A stretch of DNA of 63,172 nucleotides, the filler included, from Trichomonas gallinae (taxonomy: Eukaryota), in NCBI GenBank assembly GCA_008369845.1. It is 8 parts of 8 records of this genome, joined end to end, with 100 filler letters (N's around TTAATTAATTAA, not from the genome) between each part and the next. Parts side by side here need not be neighbours in the genome. Positions count along the whole stretch, not along the records: positions 31,195 to 39,502 come from MRSU01000160.1; positions 39,603 to 43,176 come from MRSU01000165.1; 6 more parts are not named here. One strand, written 5' to 3'. Each line of letters opens with the position of its first letter. Position 1 is the stretch's first letter. The position numbers were made by a program, and so were the translations under genes. A model generated the notes under the pieces. The model made no database searches, was not told where the DNA came from, and saw only the letters and a list, made by a program, of their open reading frames with translations. This document shows, piece by piece, positions 32,593 through 43,276 of the stretch.

Positions 32593-35500
32593 TTAATTTC
32601 CATTGATATAAATTGTTGCTGTAAGATTTTCAGAAAGAAGATCATCTTCATCTGTCAAAAAGAATTTGACATCATGAGTTCCTGTGTATCCAAATGGAAT
32701 ATTGAAGAAGAATGCATAAGGTTTGTCATTAGAATCTGCGACGAATGTTTCAACATATTGTTCTGCAGAGTTTCCAATCTGATAGTATAGCTTAAGATTT
32801 TCTCCTGCTTCTTTGTCTGAGACGACAATGTAACCAATAACACTCTCACCAACACGAGCCTGGCGTTTGCTAAGTCCAACTTCTGTAAAGTTTGGCTTGT
32901 TCTTCTGACGAAATTCGACTGGATAGTTATATACATAGCTCTTCTGTCCGAGTTCATTCTCTGCCCAAACGTAAAATGTATGTTTTCCAAGTTTAATTGG
33001 CTCAGGAATTGATATTTCAAGCTGAACATTGCTTGGATATCCGTAGTAATCTTTTCCAACAAATGGACCTTTTTCTATCTTTCCGTTGTCGAACTGAAAT
33101 TTCAAGTATCCTGTGACAGCATACATGTTCACTGTGTTATCCATTGTTATCTTGACGCCTTCGAAATATTTTGGCTTTGGTCCACGATTTACTGTTAGTT
33201 TTGGAGCAGCAACCAAAGGAATAACTTTCGTGATTTTGTTCGATGACCATCTATGCAATTCATCATAAGCGACAACTGTTAAAGTATATTTCGCTGACTG
33301 TGGCATCAAAACCTTCTTTGAGTAATAGTGTGTTCTGTTGACTGGATTTATGTAGAATTTCCTCGTTTCTTTCTGCCCGTTGAAGTCGAATTCAACAATA
33401 ACATTTTGTCCATAATCAGCATCTGTTATCGCGAAATTGAAATTGACAACATCCCACTGCGAAATGTCATCATCATAAACTGTGTGATCTATAATATATG
33501 TTGGTGTCGGAATGTGATCATCTGGTGCATAAGTAACAATAAATGTTGCATATGATTCAGGAGGGATTTCTTGGTTTATCCAAGAAAAAGCATACATTGA
33601 ATTCTGATTTACAGAAAAATCAGATGAAGATTTTGTAAAGAAAGGCATTTTTCTTGTTTCTATTTCTTTGTCTGCAGTTCTTTCTACTGTTCCTATGAAT
33701 GTTCTCGAGACGTTCATGTTATCAAGGAACCCATTTGTGAAAACTGTGTAATGCAATTGATTTCCTGAAACAACAAAACCTAGTTTATCATCTCTCGTTG
33801 ATATGGGGTTATTATCATCACCACCAAAATCAGAATCAGCGAAGACGCCAAGATCAATGTTGTGCGGGAAGTAACCATTGTTTGTGACATTGAAAACTAA
33901 CTTCAAAAACCCAGGGAATCCTTTTTCAGTTTGCGATGAAAATTTGACAGTTATGTCACCAGTTGTTGATTCTTGGTTTTGAGATTTCTTGACAAGATAT
34001 GTTTCGCTTGTCCTTGTGTTGTCTTTTTCGTAAATTCTGTATCCGACATAAAAACCTTCGTTTTTGTAAGTTAGCGATTGATCATTTTGATCCTTTTCTT
34101 GGTAAGTCAAATCGAAACAAGCGTTTTGCGACATTGGATTGGACTCTATGATTTTGTCTGGCCTTGGTGTAGGTGTTGGTGGCGGTAAATCAGGATCTTC
34201 CACTGTTATATCGACTTTGACAACATTTTTAGAAACTTGTGAAGTATTATCTACTGCAATGAATGTCAAAACGTGTTTTCCGAACTCCAAGTCAGGAATA
34301 TAATAATAAAAGGCGTAAGGCTTGATAGGACTAGAAGATGTTATTTCTCCAATCGATATATTGTTATCTTCGTCGTCGAATTTGATGAACAAATTAATTT
34401 TTTGTCCGATGTCTTTATCTGTTAATTCGCCGAATAAAACAATTTTTTGGCCTCTATGAACTGTTGTAGCTGAAATGTAAGCAGACATAAATTCAGGCTG
34501 ATTTGGTGGAATGAGTTCAAAAACATACGATTGTGGATCTGATGAAACTCCAAATTTGTCTTCGACCCATATAATAAAATCGTGATATTTTCGGGCTTCA
34601 ACTGCTGTTGGAATTGTTATCGGCAATGAAAATGTTGTGCCTTCAGGTGCTATGTCTGTCTGTGATAAACTAATGATTCTTGAGTTGTTAAATCTGTACT
34701 TAATCAAAACAGTTGAGTTTTCGTCGAAAACTTTTCCAGCAATTTTTATTGTTTCTCCCTGTTGATATGTTTTGAGTGGCTTAGTAGTCAATTCTAATCT
34801 AGGTGGATTGGAAACAGGAAGTCTAACTGTGATTGTTTCGGATCTTTTGTTTGGATATGCAACCTCTTTTGCGTAAAATGAGTATTCGTAGAAATCTCCT
34901 GTACTTACATTAATAGTTTTGTTAAATATATGCAATGGTTCTTCAGCTGTGTTAAATTGTTCAGTAATTTCGGCTTCATTTGGTAATTTAACATATAAGT
35001 TGATTTTTTCGCGTTCAAGACCGGAAGCAGCAATGCTTAGATTAACTTGTTCTTCAGGAAGATAGAATTTCTTCTTAACCGTCAAGTCTTCAACGAATGG
35101 TGGAAGATTTGTCGATGCTTCACCGGCAATGATGAAACCAAGTGTCACAGTTGCACCTCCTTCAATAATAACATCTTTCCAATGCAATGATAAGTATCCA
35201 TCTACGTTTTTATTAAGATTTTGTTCATTATCCGTAGACCAGTAAGGGAAAGTTGACCTATCAGTAGCGTCATACTTCGACATATCTCCCCATCCATATC
35301 CGGACGCTGGAATATAAGGCGTATTCTTAACCAAAAACACCATCGGATAACTTGTATAAGTAGGTTGGAGTTGCACGAAGAATCCATTACGATTGATGGT
35401 GTTATTTATATAAGGATCAGGTGCATATGATGCTTGAGGCGCTAAATTGCCGCATAAACCTAAATCGATTTTACTCGGATAAAAATTATCGTTTGTAATC

Positions 35501-35814
35501 TTGAATGTGACATGTCTGTACTTTGTCTGAGTGTCTTCAAGTTGTTTATAAGCGATTGCAACGCCCTTATAGCTAAATTTTCCATATGTATCGTATTGAG
35601 TGTAATATTGGATGGGAGAGGCTTCACTTTCTAGTGTTTCATAGACTTTAAAAGCTAATGAAAAGCCAGTTTTGTCTTTAGTTAAACTTTTTGCAGAATA
35701 TTCAGAGCTGTAAGGTCCATCTGTTAATATGTTGAATATGGCTTTCTTTGTGTCTTTTGCTGCAGAAACAAAGACTTTGTTTAGCGAAAATGATTGTTGA
35801 ATAAACAAAAACAT
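32593..35814 (-). CDS. Large beta-rich, probably secreted protein with two tandem modules, each an N-terminal domain plus Ig-like repeats (Bap-like)
   Basis: Internal duplication (F.ITN..YP..IDLG; W.E...G.; PYAF...IP...G.H...F) separated by a PPPTPTP linker; short hydrophobic leader; no C-terminal TM. Confidence 0.85.
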   Translation of the reverse strand: MFLFIQQSFSLNKVFVSAAKDTKKAIFNILTDGPYSSEYSAKSLTKDKTGFSLAFKVYETLESEASPIQYYTQYDTYGKFSYKGVAIAYKQLEDTQTKYRHVTFKITNDNFYPSKIDLGLCGNLAPQASYAPDPYINNTINRNGFFVQLQPTYTSYPMVFLVKNTPYIPASGYGWGDMSKYDATDRSTFPYWSTDNEQNLNKNVDGYLSLHWKDVIIEGGATVTLGFIIAGEASTNLPPFVEDLTVKKKFYLPEEQVNLSIAASGLEREKINLYVKLPNEAEITEQFNTAEEPLHIFNKTINVSTGDFYEYSFYAKEVAYPNKRSETITVRLPVSNPPRLELTTKPLKTYQQGETIKIAGKVFDENSTVLIKYRFNNSRIISLSQTDIAPEGTTFSLPITIPTAVEARKYHDFIIWVEDKFGVSSDPQSYVFELIPPNQPEFMSAYISATTVHRGQKIVLFGELTDKDIGQKINLFIKFDDEDNNISIGEITSSSPIKPYAFYYYIPDLEFGKHVLTFIAVDNTSQVSKNVVKVDITVEDPDLPPPTPTPRPDKIIESNPMSQNACFDLTYQEKDQNDQSLTYKNEGFYVGYRIYEKDNTRTSETYLVKKSQNQESTTGDITVKFSSQTEKGFPGFLKLVFNVTNNGYFPHNIDLGVFADSDFGGDDNNPISTRDDKLGFVVSGNQLHYTVFTNGFLDNMNVSRTFIGTVERTADKEIETRKMPFFTKSSSDFSVNQNSMYAFSWINQEIPPESYATFIVTYAPDDHIPTPTYIIDHTVYDDDISQWDVVNFNFAITDADYGQNVIVEFDFNGQKETRKFYINPVNRTHYYSKKVLMPQSAKYTLTVVAYDELHRWSSNKITKVIPLVAAPKLTVNRGPKPKYFEGVKITMDNTVNMYAVTGYLKFQFDNGKIEKGPFVGKDYYGYPSNVQLEISIPEPIKLGKHTFYVWAENELGQKSYVYNYPVEFRQKNKPNFTEVGLSKRQARVGESVIGYIVVSDKEAGENLKLYYQIGNSAEQYVETFVADSNDKPYAFFFNIPFGYTGTHDVKFFLTDEDDLLSENLTATIYINGN

Positions 35815-36706
35815 CAGTGAATTTCGAATGTTTTTTTTTTTTTTTTTTTTTTGTTTGTTTGTTTTGAATGGAATTTCTCCAAATTCAATTTTGATTTATT
35901 CGAAAAATAAGCTAAAATTATATATAACAACTACAATGGAATCATTTTATAAAACAAAAAAGTTTTATTTCAGTGACCATCTTTTATTATTAATAATAAT
36001 GAAATCTAACGTGCTTTTTGGTATTTATTGGATATTTGATTTATATTTATACTGATGCTCAATTTGTTTTTTACGTGTTTAAACTTCGAAATGTTAATAA
36101 ATCTGGTTATAATAAAACAAAGTGTTCGTTTGATAAGAAATCGGAATTCTGTTGAAGAGCTTTTGAATGAAGAATGGTCAATAAATCATTGTTTGTTATT
36201 GCATTTTTCTGTTGTATATTTTCAATAAAAGAGTGAAAGATAGCAACTCTATTCAATGTTGAATAACGATCTTTTTTGTAAGATAAAATTTGACATGTCT
36301 TTTCAAAGTTTTTTATTCAATTTTTATGCAGATTAGTATATAATTAAAAACAAGCAATAATTTCATCGTAAAAAATTGATTGAAGATAATTCAAAAAAAG
36401 TGAATGAAACCACATGCTGTCCTCAAAGCATCATCTATAATATGCATAATTATAACATTTTTTCATTATTATTTTTAAGCAACTTTGTACTTTGTAAATC
36501 GATAAGAACGAAATCTTTCATATAACACTGAAATCTATTCTATATTAATTAGCTATCATCACATTTATTATGGAAATGATAATAATGACTCATCTATCAT
36601 CATATCATGGAGTTTCCAAAATTTTTGACATTTGTCATGTAAATTTTGGCATCATTTATTTGGAATAAAAAATAATATTGAACGTTCAACACCTACCCTA
36701 AAATTC

Positions 36707-37975
36707 ATGATTAAACACTTTTCAATGTGCATTCTATGCATGCTTATTACAATATTACGGCATTTATCTAATAAAAATGACCCGACTCAGCTACCTAATT
36801 TTAATATTCAAGACTTTCATGCGCCATTACCATACATAAATTTTACGACAATAGTATATACCAAAGCTATATCCAATTTAGACTCCATAATACCAATAGG
36901 CACTGCTAGAACTCCATTTTTGAAAAACATAACTTACGTTTTCTTGAAAGACTCAGAAAAAGCAGTTCCATGGAATCAGCAATGGAAATGGTATGGGAAA
37001 CCAGGCGATATTATGCTTTACAACAGAATTAATAGCTTTACATGCAAGTTTTATATCTATAAAAACTGCTATATCGACTGGCAAGGCGAAATATACAACG
37101 GAACACACGCGATTAGACCTCCATACGACACCGGCCTAGACAGATTTCGTTACTGCTCTGCAGGAAAAGTCGATGCTCAATTTAATAACATTGTGATGTT
37201 TTCTCATAGATTTGTCTACACTCCACAGCACTTTTTCCATGATGTATTGTCTGCAATTATTTTTGTTCCTAATGAAATAATGATGAAATCCACAATAGTT
37301 CTCTTTGGAAAGGATTATTTCACAAAAGAAACAATGGATAAATTAGGCTACGGCAATAAAGTTTATTACATATATTTTAAACAAAGAATATTTGCTCACA
37401 AGGTTTTAGTCCAATGTGAACCGAGACCGCACAATTCAGCATTCGGTCCTCCACTAAATTTTCTACATCAAAAAATGAGAAAAAAGTTTAATGTTGAAGG
37501 AATTTTACCTACAAGATTTTGTTTCATGAACAGAAATTGTAGTCAACGAAAGATTGGCAATTTTAACGAATTGTTTGTTGCAGCTAAACATAAGTTTCCT
37601 ATATATGACTGGGAAATAATTCCAGACAGATTTTCATCAATGGAAGAGTCAGCAAAAGTTCTGTCAACTGTTTTATTTTTGTTTACTCCAGCAGGTAGTA
37701 ATACCTATCATTCTATTTTTATGATGGAGAATTCAGTAGTTGTTATTTGTGGCTCCGATCACTATGACCACCCGTCAATTACTTATTTGTGTTCGATGGA
37801 AATTAGAGTTATATATTACTTTAATATGCAGATGAAACATATTAGTAATTCGAAAAATATTATTGGTATTCCTGAAACATTTAAGGCAATAGAAACTGGA
37901 TTGTTTTATATTAAAAACAACTACTTCCCCGAGCCAGTTGCTGGATATTCATTTGTAGACTATATTAGATCATAA
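36707..37975 (+). CDS. Glycosyltransferase family 61 (DUF563)-like type II membrane protein
   Basis: N-terminal TM; QHFFHDVL; FMNR...RKI.NF.EL; EESAKV...FTPAGSNTYHSIFM matches the GT61 EQ..F..A...G.HGA...N..F region; ATG at 36707 (or 36725). Confidence 0.75.
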   Translation: MIKHFSMCILCMLITILRHLSNKNDPTQLPNFNIQDFHAPLPYINFTTIVYTKAISNLDSIIPIGTARTPFLKNITYVFLKDSEKAVPWNQQWKWYGKPGDIMLYNRINSFTCKFYIYKNCYIDWQGEIYNGTHAIRPPYDTGLDRFRYCSAGKVDAQFNNIVMFSHRFVYTPQHFFHDVLSAIIFVPNEIMMKSTIVLFGKDYFTKETMDKLGYGNKVYYIYFKQRIFAHKVLVQCEPRPHNSAFGPPLNFLHQKMRKKFNVEGILPTRFCFMNRNCSQRKIGNFNELFVAAKHKFPIYDWEIIPDRFSSMEESAKVLSTVLFLFTPAGSNTYHSIFMMENSVVVICGSDHYDHPSITYLCSMEIRVIYYFNMQMKHISNSKNIIGIPETFKAIETGLFYIKNNYFPEPVAGYSFVDYIRS

Positions 37976-38119
37976 AAATACATTCTATCAGTAATAAATT
38001 ATAATTAAGTCATTAAGGCTTATATATGATTTAAAATATGAAAATGTAATGAAATAATGAACAATATTGAATCCGCAGAGATAGTTATACGGATAATTAT
38101 TTGTCAATGGAGATAACAA

Positions 38120-39102
38120 TTATTTAACAATAAATGCATTATATAATATAGAATATTGTATTTTAGCGTAGCATGCATTATAATTCATTGTTTTTATCTT
38201 TGCTGTAGGCATTTTACAAACAATTGTTGGCAAATTCTCTAATCTGTCAAATACATAACAATTTTTTTCTAATATAAAATTATCGTCTTCATATGATGGT
38301 TTTGTAGTAGTAAAATATACATTCTTAAGTTTTGACTTACTTATCTCTTTATAATTGAACAATTTTCCGCTGCACTCAACAAAATAACAAGTATCAAAAG
38401 TGACGAGAGTTTGCCACATCGATATTATTCCTGCATCTTTAGAAAAATACTTCGCAACTAGAAAACTAACTTTATTTCCTCTTTCTGTAGCATCTACATT
38501 AGATAGCCCTAAGCATGTTGTTTCTAATTTATGAGGATCTCCTATTATAATCGCAAAAGATATTTCATATTTTGCTGGAGACATTCCTGCATGATACATT
38601 CCGTTAAAATTTATATACTGCTGATTTGATGAATTGTATTGATTAACAAATGATGTAGCTCTATCTGCGACAACAACGCATGAATCCAATCTGCATAAAT
38701 CAGATCCACACATATTATCACTGATACATTCAAAATATGATTTAGTTTCAAGTGAAGAGCATGTGTATATGCATTGGCCCATTCCTTGTCCTGTGACATT
38801 GATGAAAAAACAAAATTTTATTTTGGATATTGAAAATTCATCGAGGTAAACAGCTCCACCACCAGCATCATATCTTCTAACAGAAGAGTTCCCGCGGATG
38901 GAATTATTTATTCGTGAAAATCTGCAATATCCAATATAAGAATTAAAATTTGGTTTCCGGCATGAAATCACAGCACCAAATTGGGCAACACTGAAGTCCA
39001 TGAAATTCGCATATAAAACAGTTTGATTCAATAAATTACTTCAATCCTGAAATATATGCAAATAAAAGGAATAAAAAAAAAATAAAAAGTGTCAAAAAAC
39101 AT
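38120..39102 (-). pseudogene. GGAVY beta-helix (Pmp-like) family gene with out-of-frame N-terminus
   Basis: FGAVIS, GGGAVYL, CFF, GQCIY motifs in ORF 38120-39031; ATG at 39102 with a hydrophobic poly-T leader is in a different frame; could be a homopolymer sequencing error. Confidence 0.6.
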
Positions 39103-39428
39103 TTCAAAAAGTGACTTTATTTGACATCCAATCCAAAAAGTTTCATCTCATAAAACTACACTGCGCAAATATTATAACCTTTATATAATAGGGACATACA
39201 AATTCTCACAGCTTATATATAAAGATCTTTATAATTATTGGGTCAATGAGAGAATTCGCTTAAAATATCAGTAATACCCTGCACATTCTTATAATTTTTA
39301 TTAGCCTCTATTTACCATCACAGTCAAGAATGTTCTCCCAGCTTATAATATTTATATGAAAAATCAATCTTTTTCACGAAAGTTGAATATTTTTATTAAT
39401 AGATAACCAAAATTATTAAAAGTGTAAA

Positions 39429-39500
39429 TCGGTCATAGTGTAATGGTTATCATGTAAGATTGTCGTTCTTTTGATCCGGGTTCGATTCCCGGTGACCGAG
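39429..39500 (+). tRNA. tRNA-Asp (GTC)
   Basis: Acceptor TCGGTCA/TGACCGA, D arm TAGTGTAATGGTTATCAT, anticodon loop TT-GTC-GT, T arm CCGGG-TTCGATT-CCCGG, discriminator G; 72 nt. Confidence 0.95.
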
Positions 39501-39502
39501 CT

Positions 39503-39602
39503 NNNNNNNNNNNNNNNNNNNNNNNNNNNNNNNNNNNNNNNNNNNNTTAATTAATTAANNNNNNNNNNNNNNNNNNNNNNNNNNNNNNNNNNNNNNNNNN
39601 NN
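39503..39602. other. Artificial contig linker
   Basis: N44-TTAATTAATTAA-N44. Confidence 0.97.
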
Positions 39603-39743
39603 AGATTCTACGGGCAATTGTGTAGTAGTATGTTAATTGATAGTTTGTTAAAAGTCTAAGTGTAGTATAAAAGAAGCGCATGCATTATGCCGAGACAAAT
39701 TTTTAGGGTCCTAAAATAACGTATTTTCAGTTGAAGTACATTT
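39603..39743 (+). mobile_element. Terminal ~140 bp of a repeated element (copy 1)
   Basis: About 90% identical (by eye) to the reverse complement of 59933-60074; last ~38 bp identical; both copies abut gaps. Confidence 0.75.
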
Positions 39744-39750
39744 TTTTTGA

Positions 39751-39988
39751 CCAAAATATTCTTAGCTAGCAAATAGTGAAACTAATACTATTCTTATAAT
39801 ACTCAGCTGATATATTTACATGACATATTGTCATATTTTGTTGAAATTTGTATTATTTACATGTCAGGGTTTATCACTTTTTGTCAAAATTTTACGTAAC
39901 TCGATTTTTTTTTAAAAAACGGCTTTTCTAGATGTTTTAACCACAAATATTGTTAGCAAAAAGTGAAACTAATACAATGTTTATAATA
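39751..39988. repeat. About 48-bp direct repeats flanking a TTACATG(A/T)CA motif cluster
   Basis: AAATATT(C/G)TTAGC..AAA(T/A)AGTGAAACTAATAC..TTATAATA at 39751-39801 and 39941-39988. Confidence 0.65.
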
Positions 39989-40019
39989 GACAGGAGATAT
40001 CGAAAACTATATTTTTATT

Positions 40020-42866
40020 TTATGGTTCTTGCTGAGAAAGCAGAGATTCTGTTAATGTATCCTTATATTTCTTCTTACTGACAATAGTAATGGAAAGAAA
40101 TACAATAATTGCAATAATTAATATTATTGAAATTGCAAGGAGAGAAATTAGCAGATAGGGTAGCTCTTTCTCGGGTTTCCCTTGATCAGGAGTAAAAGAA
40201 GGAGCTTCTTTGCAAATGAAATTTGCATCCTTTCTAATGTTGCATCCGCCAAATGACTTTATTGGTGAATCATTGCTCAAGTGAACAGTTACATTCTCAT
40301 TGCTGAACTGTGTGTTGACTATAGACCTACCACAATAGTAAATATCTTTTAGATTTGTGCATTCCAAGAATGCATCTATGTCAAGCTGATTCAAATCAGA
40401 CTTAAAATAGACACTAGTTAGCGATTTGCATCCTTCGAAAGCGCTTTCATATATTAACTCAACGCTTCCTAGGAAAGTAACATTAATTAAAGATGAACAG
40501 CCCCAAAAAGTGTTCTGCATGATCTGTTTCGTTGTCTCTGGTATTGTTACCGAAACTAAACTGATGCAGAGATCGAAAACTTTGCTGCCAATCGATTCTA
40601 CAGCGGGCATTGAAATTTGTTTAAGAGATTTGCATTCTCTGAATGCCCACGCATTGATTTTCTTCATTTTATCCTTTAAAGCAACTGTTTCTATTGAGTT
40701 GCAGCCAGCAAAAGCTGATTTTTTGATTTCTTTTAATTCGGTTGGAAAAACGAATGTGCGCAAGACTAAACAGTCGCTGAAACAGAAGTCATCGAACAAA
40801 GTTACAGTGTCTGGAATCTGAACCGTTTCAAGAGAAGAACATCCTGCAAAACAATATTTTGGAATCACGGAAACTTTTGATGGGATCTTAATAATATGCA
40901 GACCAGATGACATAAATATGTTATCTCCAATTTCTTTGACTGAATATGGAAGAGAAATTGAATTTAATTTATTGCAGCTTGCAAAGGCTGCATTTCCAAT
41001 GGAAGCAACATTTCCTCTGATATCAACTTGATTTAACTCGGTGCATCTTGAAAAAGCTTTCTCAGCAATTGTTTTTACAGATTTTGGAATAATTATCGAT
41101 TGAATCTTGGTTTTGAAGAATAATTCACCTGAAATTTGAGTTATTGTATCTGGTAGAATGACTTGTTTCAGGTTTACACATTCATAGAAAACGCGATTTT
41201 GAATTGTAACAACATTATCTGGAATTTCTATTGTTTCGAGGTTTGTACAGCATTCAAAGCATCCACTGGAAAGTTCTGTGATCGCACTGGAAATCTTCAC
41301 TGAGTTTCTCATATCTGCTGGCGGAAGATAAATAATTTTCGTTTTCTGTTTATCTAAAAGCAAATTGTTCTCTACAACAAAGTTTTCATTTTCATGTGGA
41401 ATTGTAACAGTAGCAATTTTAGAGCAACTAGACAAAGCATTTGTATTAAATTGTTTCAAAGAACGTGGAAGTGAAATACTTGTCAATTTATCGCAATTAT
41501 AGAAAGCTAATGTTCCAATTGTTATAACTGACTGAGGAATTGTAATAATAGACAAAAATTCATCATTTTCGAAAAGTTCATCAGCAATGACAGTTAAATT
41601 AGCAGGCAAAACTACTTCTTGTAGACTGGAACAGAAGCCGAAAGCACCAACACCGATAAAAGACACATTATCAGGAATAATTATTTTTTCGAGCGAGCTA
41701 CAGTACTGGAAACTCCATTTATCGATTGATGTGACATTTGTAGGAAATTCAAACAGACTCAATTTCTCACAATGACTGAATAACATAAATCCTATATTTT
41801 GAATTTGATTAGAAATTTTTACTGTTTCTAAATTGAAGCAGTTAATGAAAGCTCCATCTCCAATACGTGTTACTGAGTCCGGAATCTTTAATGATTTCAA
41901 TGATGAACATTCATAAAACGCGTTGCTTCCAATGACGACGAGATTATCAGAAAATGTGATATTTTCAAGCGATGTGCAGTGTGAAAAAGCATTATTATCG
42001 ATTGATTTTAATTTCGATGGAAAAATTATTTCCTTTAAAGACGAACATTTCGTGAAAGCAAACTTTCCAATCGTATTCAAATTACTTGGCAGTTCAATTT
42101 TTGTCAATGATTCACAAGAAGAAAAAGCATCATTTCCAATTACTAATAAAACTTGTTTTTCAGGCTCAAAACTTATCATAACATTTACTAAGCTATTGCA
42201 TAGCATGAAGCAGCCATTTTCAATATTGCTAAGCGAGTTTGAAAGAATGATTTGATTCAATTTCACACAAGCATAGAATGTATTTCTACCAAGTATTGAT
42301 ACTGATGCTGGAATGACTATGGATTCGAGTTTCGCATTGTTTGCAAATGCAGAATCTAAAATTTTAGTTAAATTGCTTGGAAATTGAATTTTTGATAGCG
42401 AAATGCAATTAAAGAATGTATATGGGCGTATAACAGATAGGTTTTCTGGTAATGTGATTGTTTGCAGAGATGAACATTCAGCAAACACATTATTTGCTAT
42501 ATCGATGATTTGTTTGGGTAATTTAACAGAAATCAAGTTTGTACAGCCATAAAAAGCATTAGATCGTATTTCTATAATGTTTTCATTGAATTCTAACGTT
42601 TGAAGAAAAATACATTTTTGAAATGCTTCTTGTGGAATGATTTTAACACCAGAGTTGAACATAATAGAAGTTATTTTTTGATTGGACGCAAATGCTTTGC
42701 TTTCAAATTCGATTGATTCACCATCAAAAAATAATGATGAATAATCATCTGTTATGTTATCAATATCATCTTTTGTAAGAGTTCCTGATCCACTTATCAC
42801 GAGTTTTCCACCATCAACATTGATAGAAATCTCCGAAATGGATAAAGAGAATAACAAAGAAATCAT
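40020..42866 (-). CDS. BspA-like LRR type I transmembrane surface protein (948 aa)
   Basis: Signal peptide; roughly 30 TpLRR repeats (IPxSVxxIGxxAFxxCxxL); TM LLISLLAISIILIIAIIVFLSITIV; short cytosolic tail with ESLL. Confidence 0.95.
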   Translation of the reverse strand: MISLLFSLSISEISINVDGGKLVISGSGTLTKDDIDNITDDYSSLFFDGESIEFESKAFASNQKITSIMFNSGVKIIPQEAFQKCIFLQTLEFNENIIEIRSNAFYGCTNLISVKLPKQIIDIANNVFAECSSLQTITLPENLSVIRPYTFFNCISLSKIQFPSNLTKILDSAFANNAKLESIVIPASVSILGRNTFYACVKLNQIILSNSLSNIENGCFMLCNSLVNVMISFEPEKQVLLVIGNDAFSSCESLTKIELPSNLNTIGKFAFTKCSSLKEIIFPSKLKSIDNNAFSHCTSLENITFSDNLVVIGSNAFYECSSLKSLKIPDSVTRIGDGAFINCFNLETVKISNQIQNIGFMLFSHCEKLSLFEFPTNVTSIDKWSFQYCSSLEKIIIPDNVSFIGVGAFGFCSSLQEVVLPANLTVIADELFENDEFLSIITIPQSVITIGTLAFYNCDKLTSISLPRSLKQFNTNALSSCSKIATVTIPHENENFVVENNLLLDKQKTKIIYLPPADMRNSVKISSAITELSSGCFECCTNLETIEIPDNVVTIQNRVFYECVNLKQVILPDTITQISGELFFKTKIQSIIIPKSVKTIAEKAFSRCTELNQVDIRGNVASIGNAAFASCNKLNSISLPYSVKEIGDNIFMSSGLHIIKIPSKVSVIPKYCFAGCSSLETVQIPDTVTLFDDFCFSDCLVLRTFVFPTELKEIKKSAFAGCNSIETVALKDKMKKINAWAFRECKSLKQISMPAVESIGSKVFDLCISLVSVTIPETTKQIMQNTFWGCSSLINVTFLGSVELIYESAFEGCKSLTSVYFKSDLNQLDIDAFLECTNLKDIYYCGRSIVNTQFSNENVTVHLSNDSPIKSFGGCNIRKDANFICKEAPSFTPDQGKPEKELPYLLISLLAISIILIIAIIVFLSITIVSKKKYKDTLTESLLSQQEP

Positions 42867-43097
42867 TTTGAATTATAAAAATGTGAAATCTGAAAACATC
42901 TCATTATACACATAACAGATTTATCAATAAAAATTATTTTTTAACAAGAAAACTAACCTTATTTTTTTGATGAAACATCAATGTTAAAATTAAAAAATGT
43001 GAAACTATTTATTGAGATTATTGTAATTTGCACCAAGATCTATTAATTTTGTGATGGCTTCAACATGATTTTCCACTGAAGCGTAAAATAATGGAGT

Positions 43098-43176
43098 TTA
43101 AGGGACCGTTCTAACCGTTTTGTAAACTATCAATTGATTCTATGAGGTTATCAAATTTGTCACCTTTTCCAAAAAC
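43098..43176 (+). mobile_element. Probable left terminus of a Kolobok-type element running into a gap
   Basis: TTAA (43098-43101) then GGGACCGTTC, similar to TTAA-GGGTCTGTTC at 60329; abuts contig end. Confidence 0.5.
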
Positions 43177-43276
43177 NNNNNNNNNNNNNNNNNNNNNNNN
43201 NNNNNNNNNNNNNNNNNNNNTTAATTAATTAANNNNNNNNNNNNNNNNNNNNNNNNNNNNNNNNNNNNNNNNNNNN
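43177..43276. other. Artificial contig linker
   Basis: N44-TTAATTAATTAA-N44. Confidence 0.97.

Noticed and set aside
39728..39737. CAGTTGAAGT resembling a Tc1/Sleeping Beauty IR start
   Set aside because: Points outward from the repeat and lacks a preceding TA; likely coincidence
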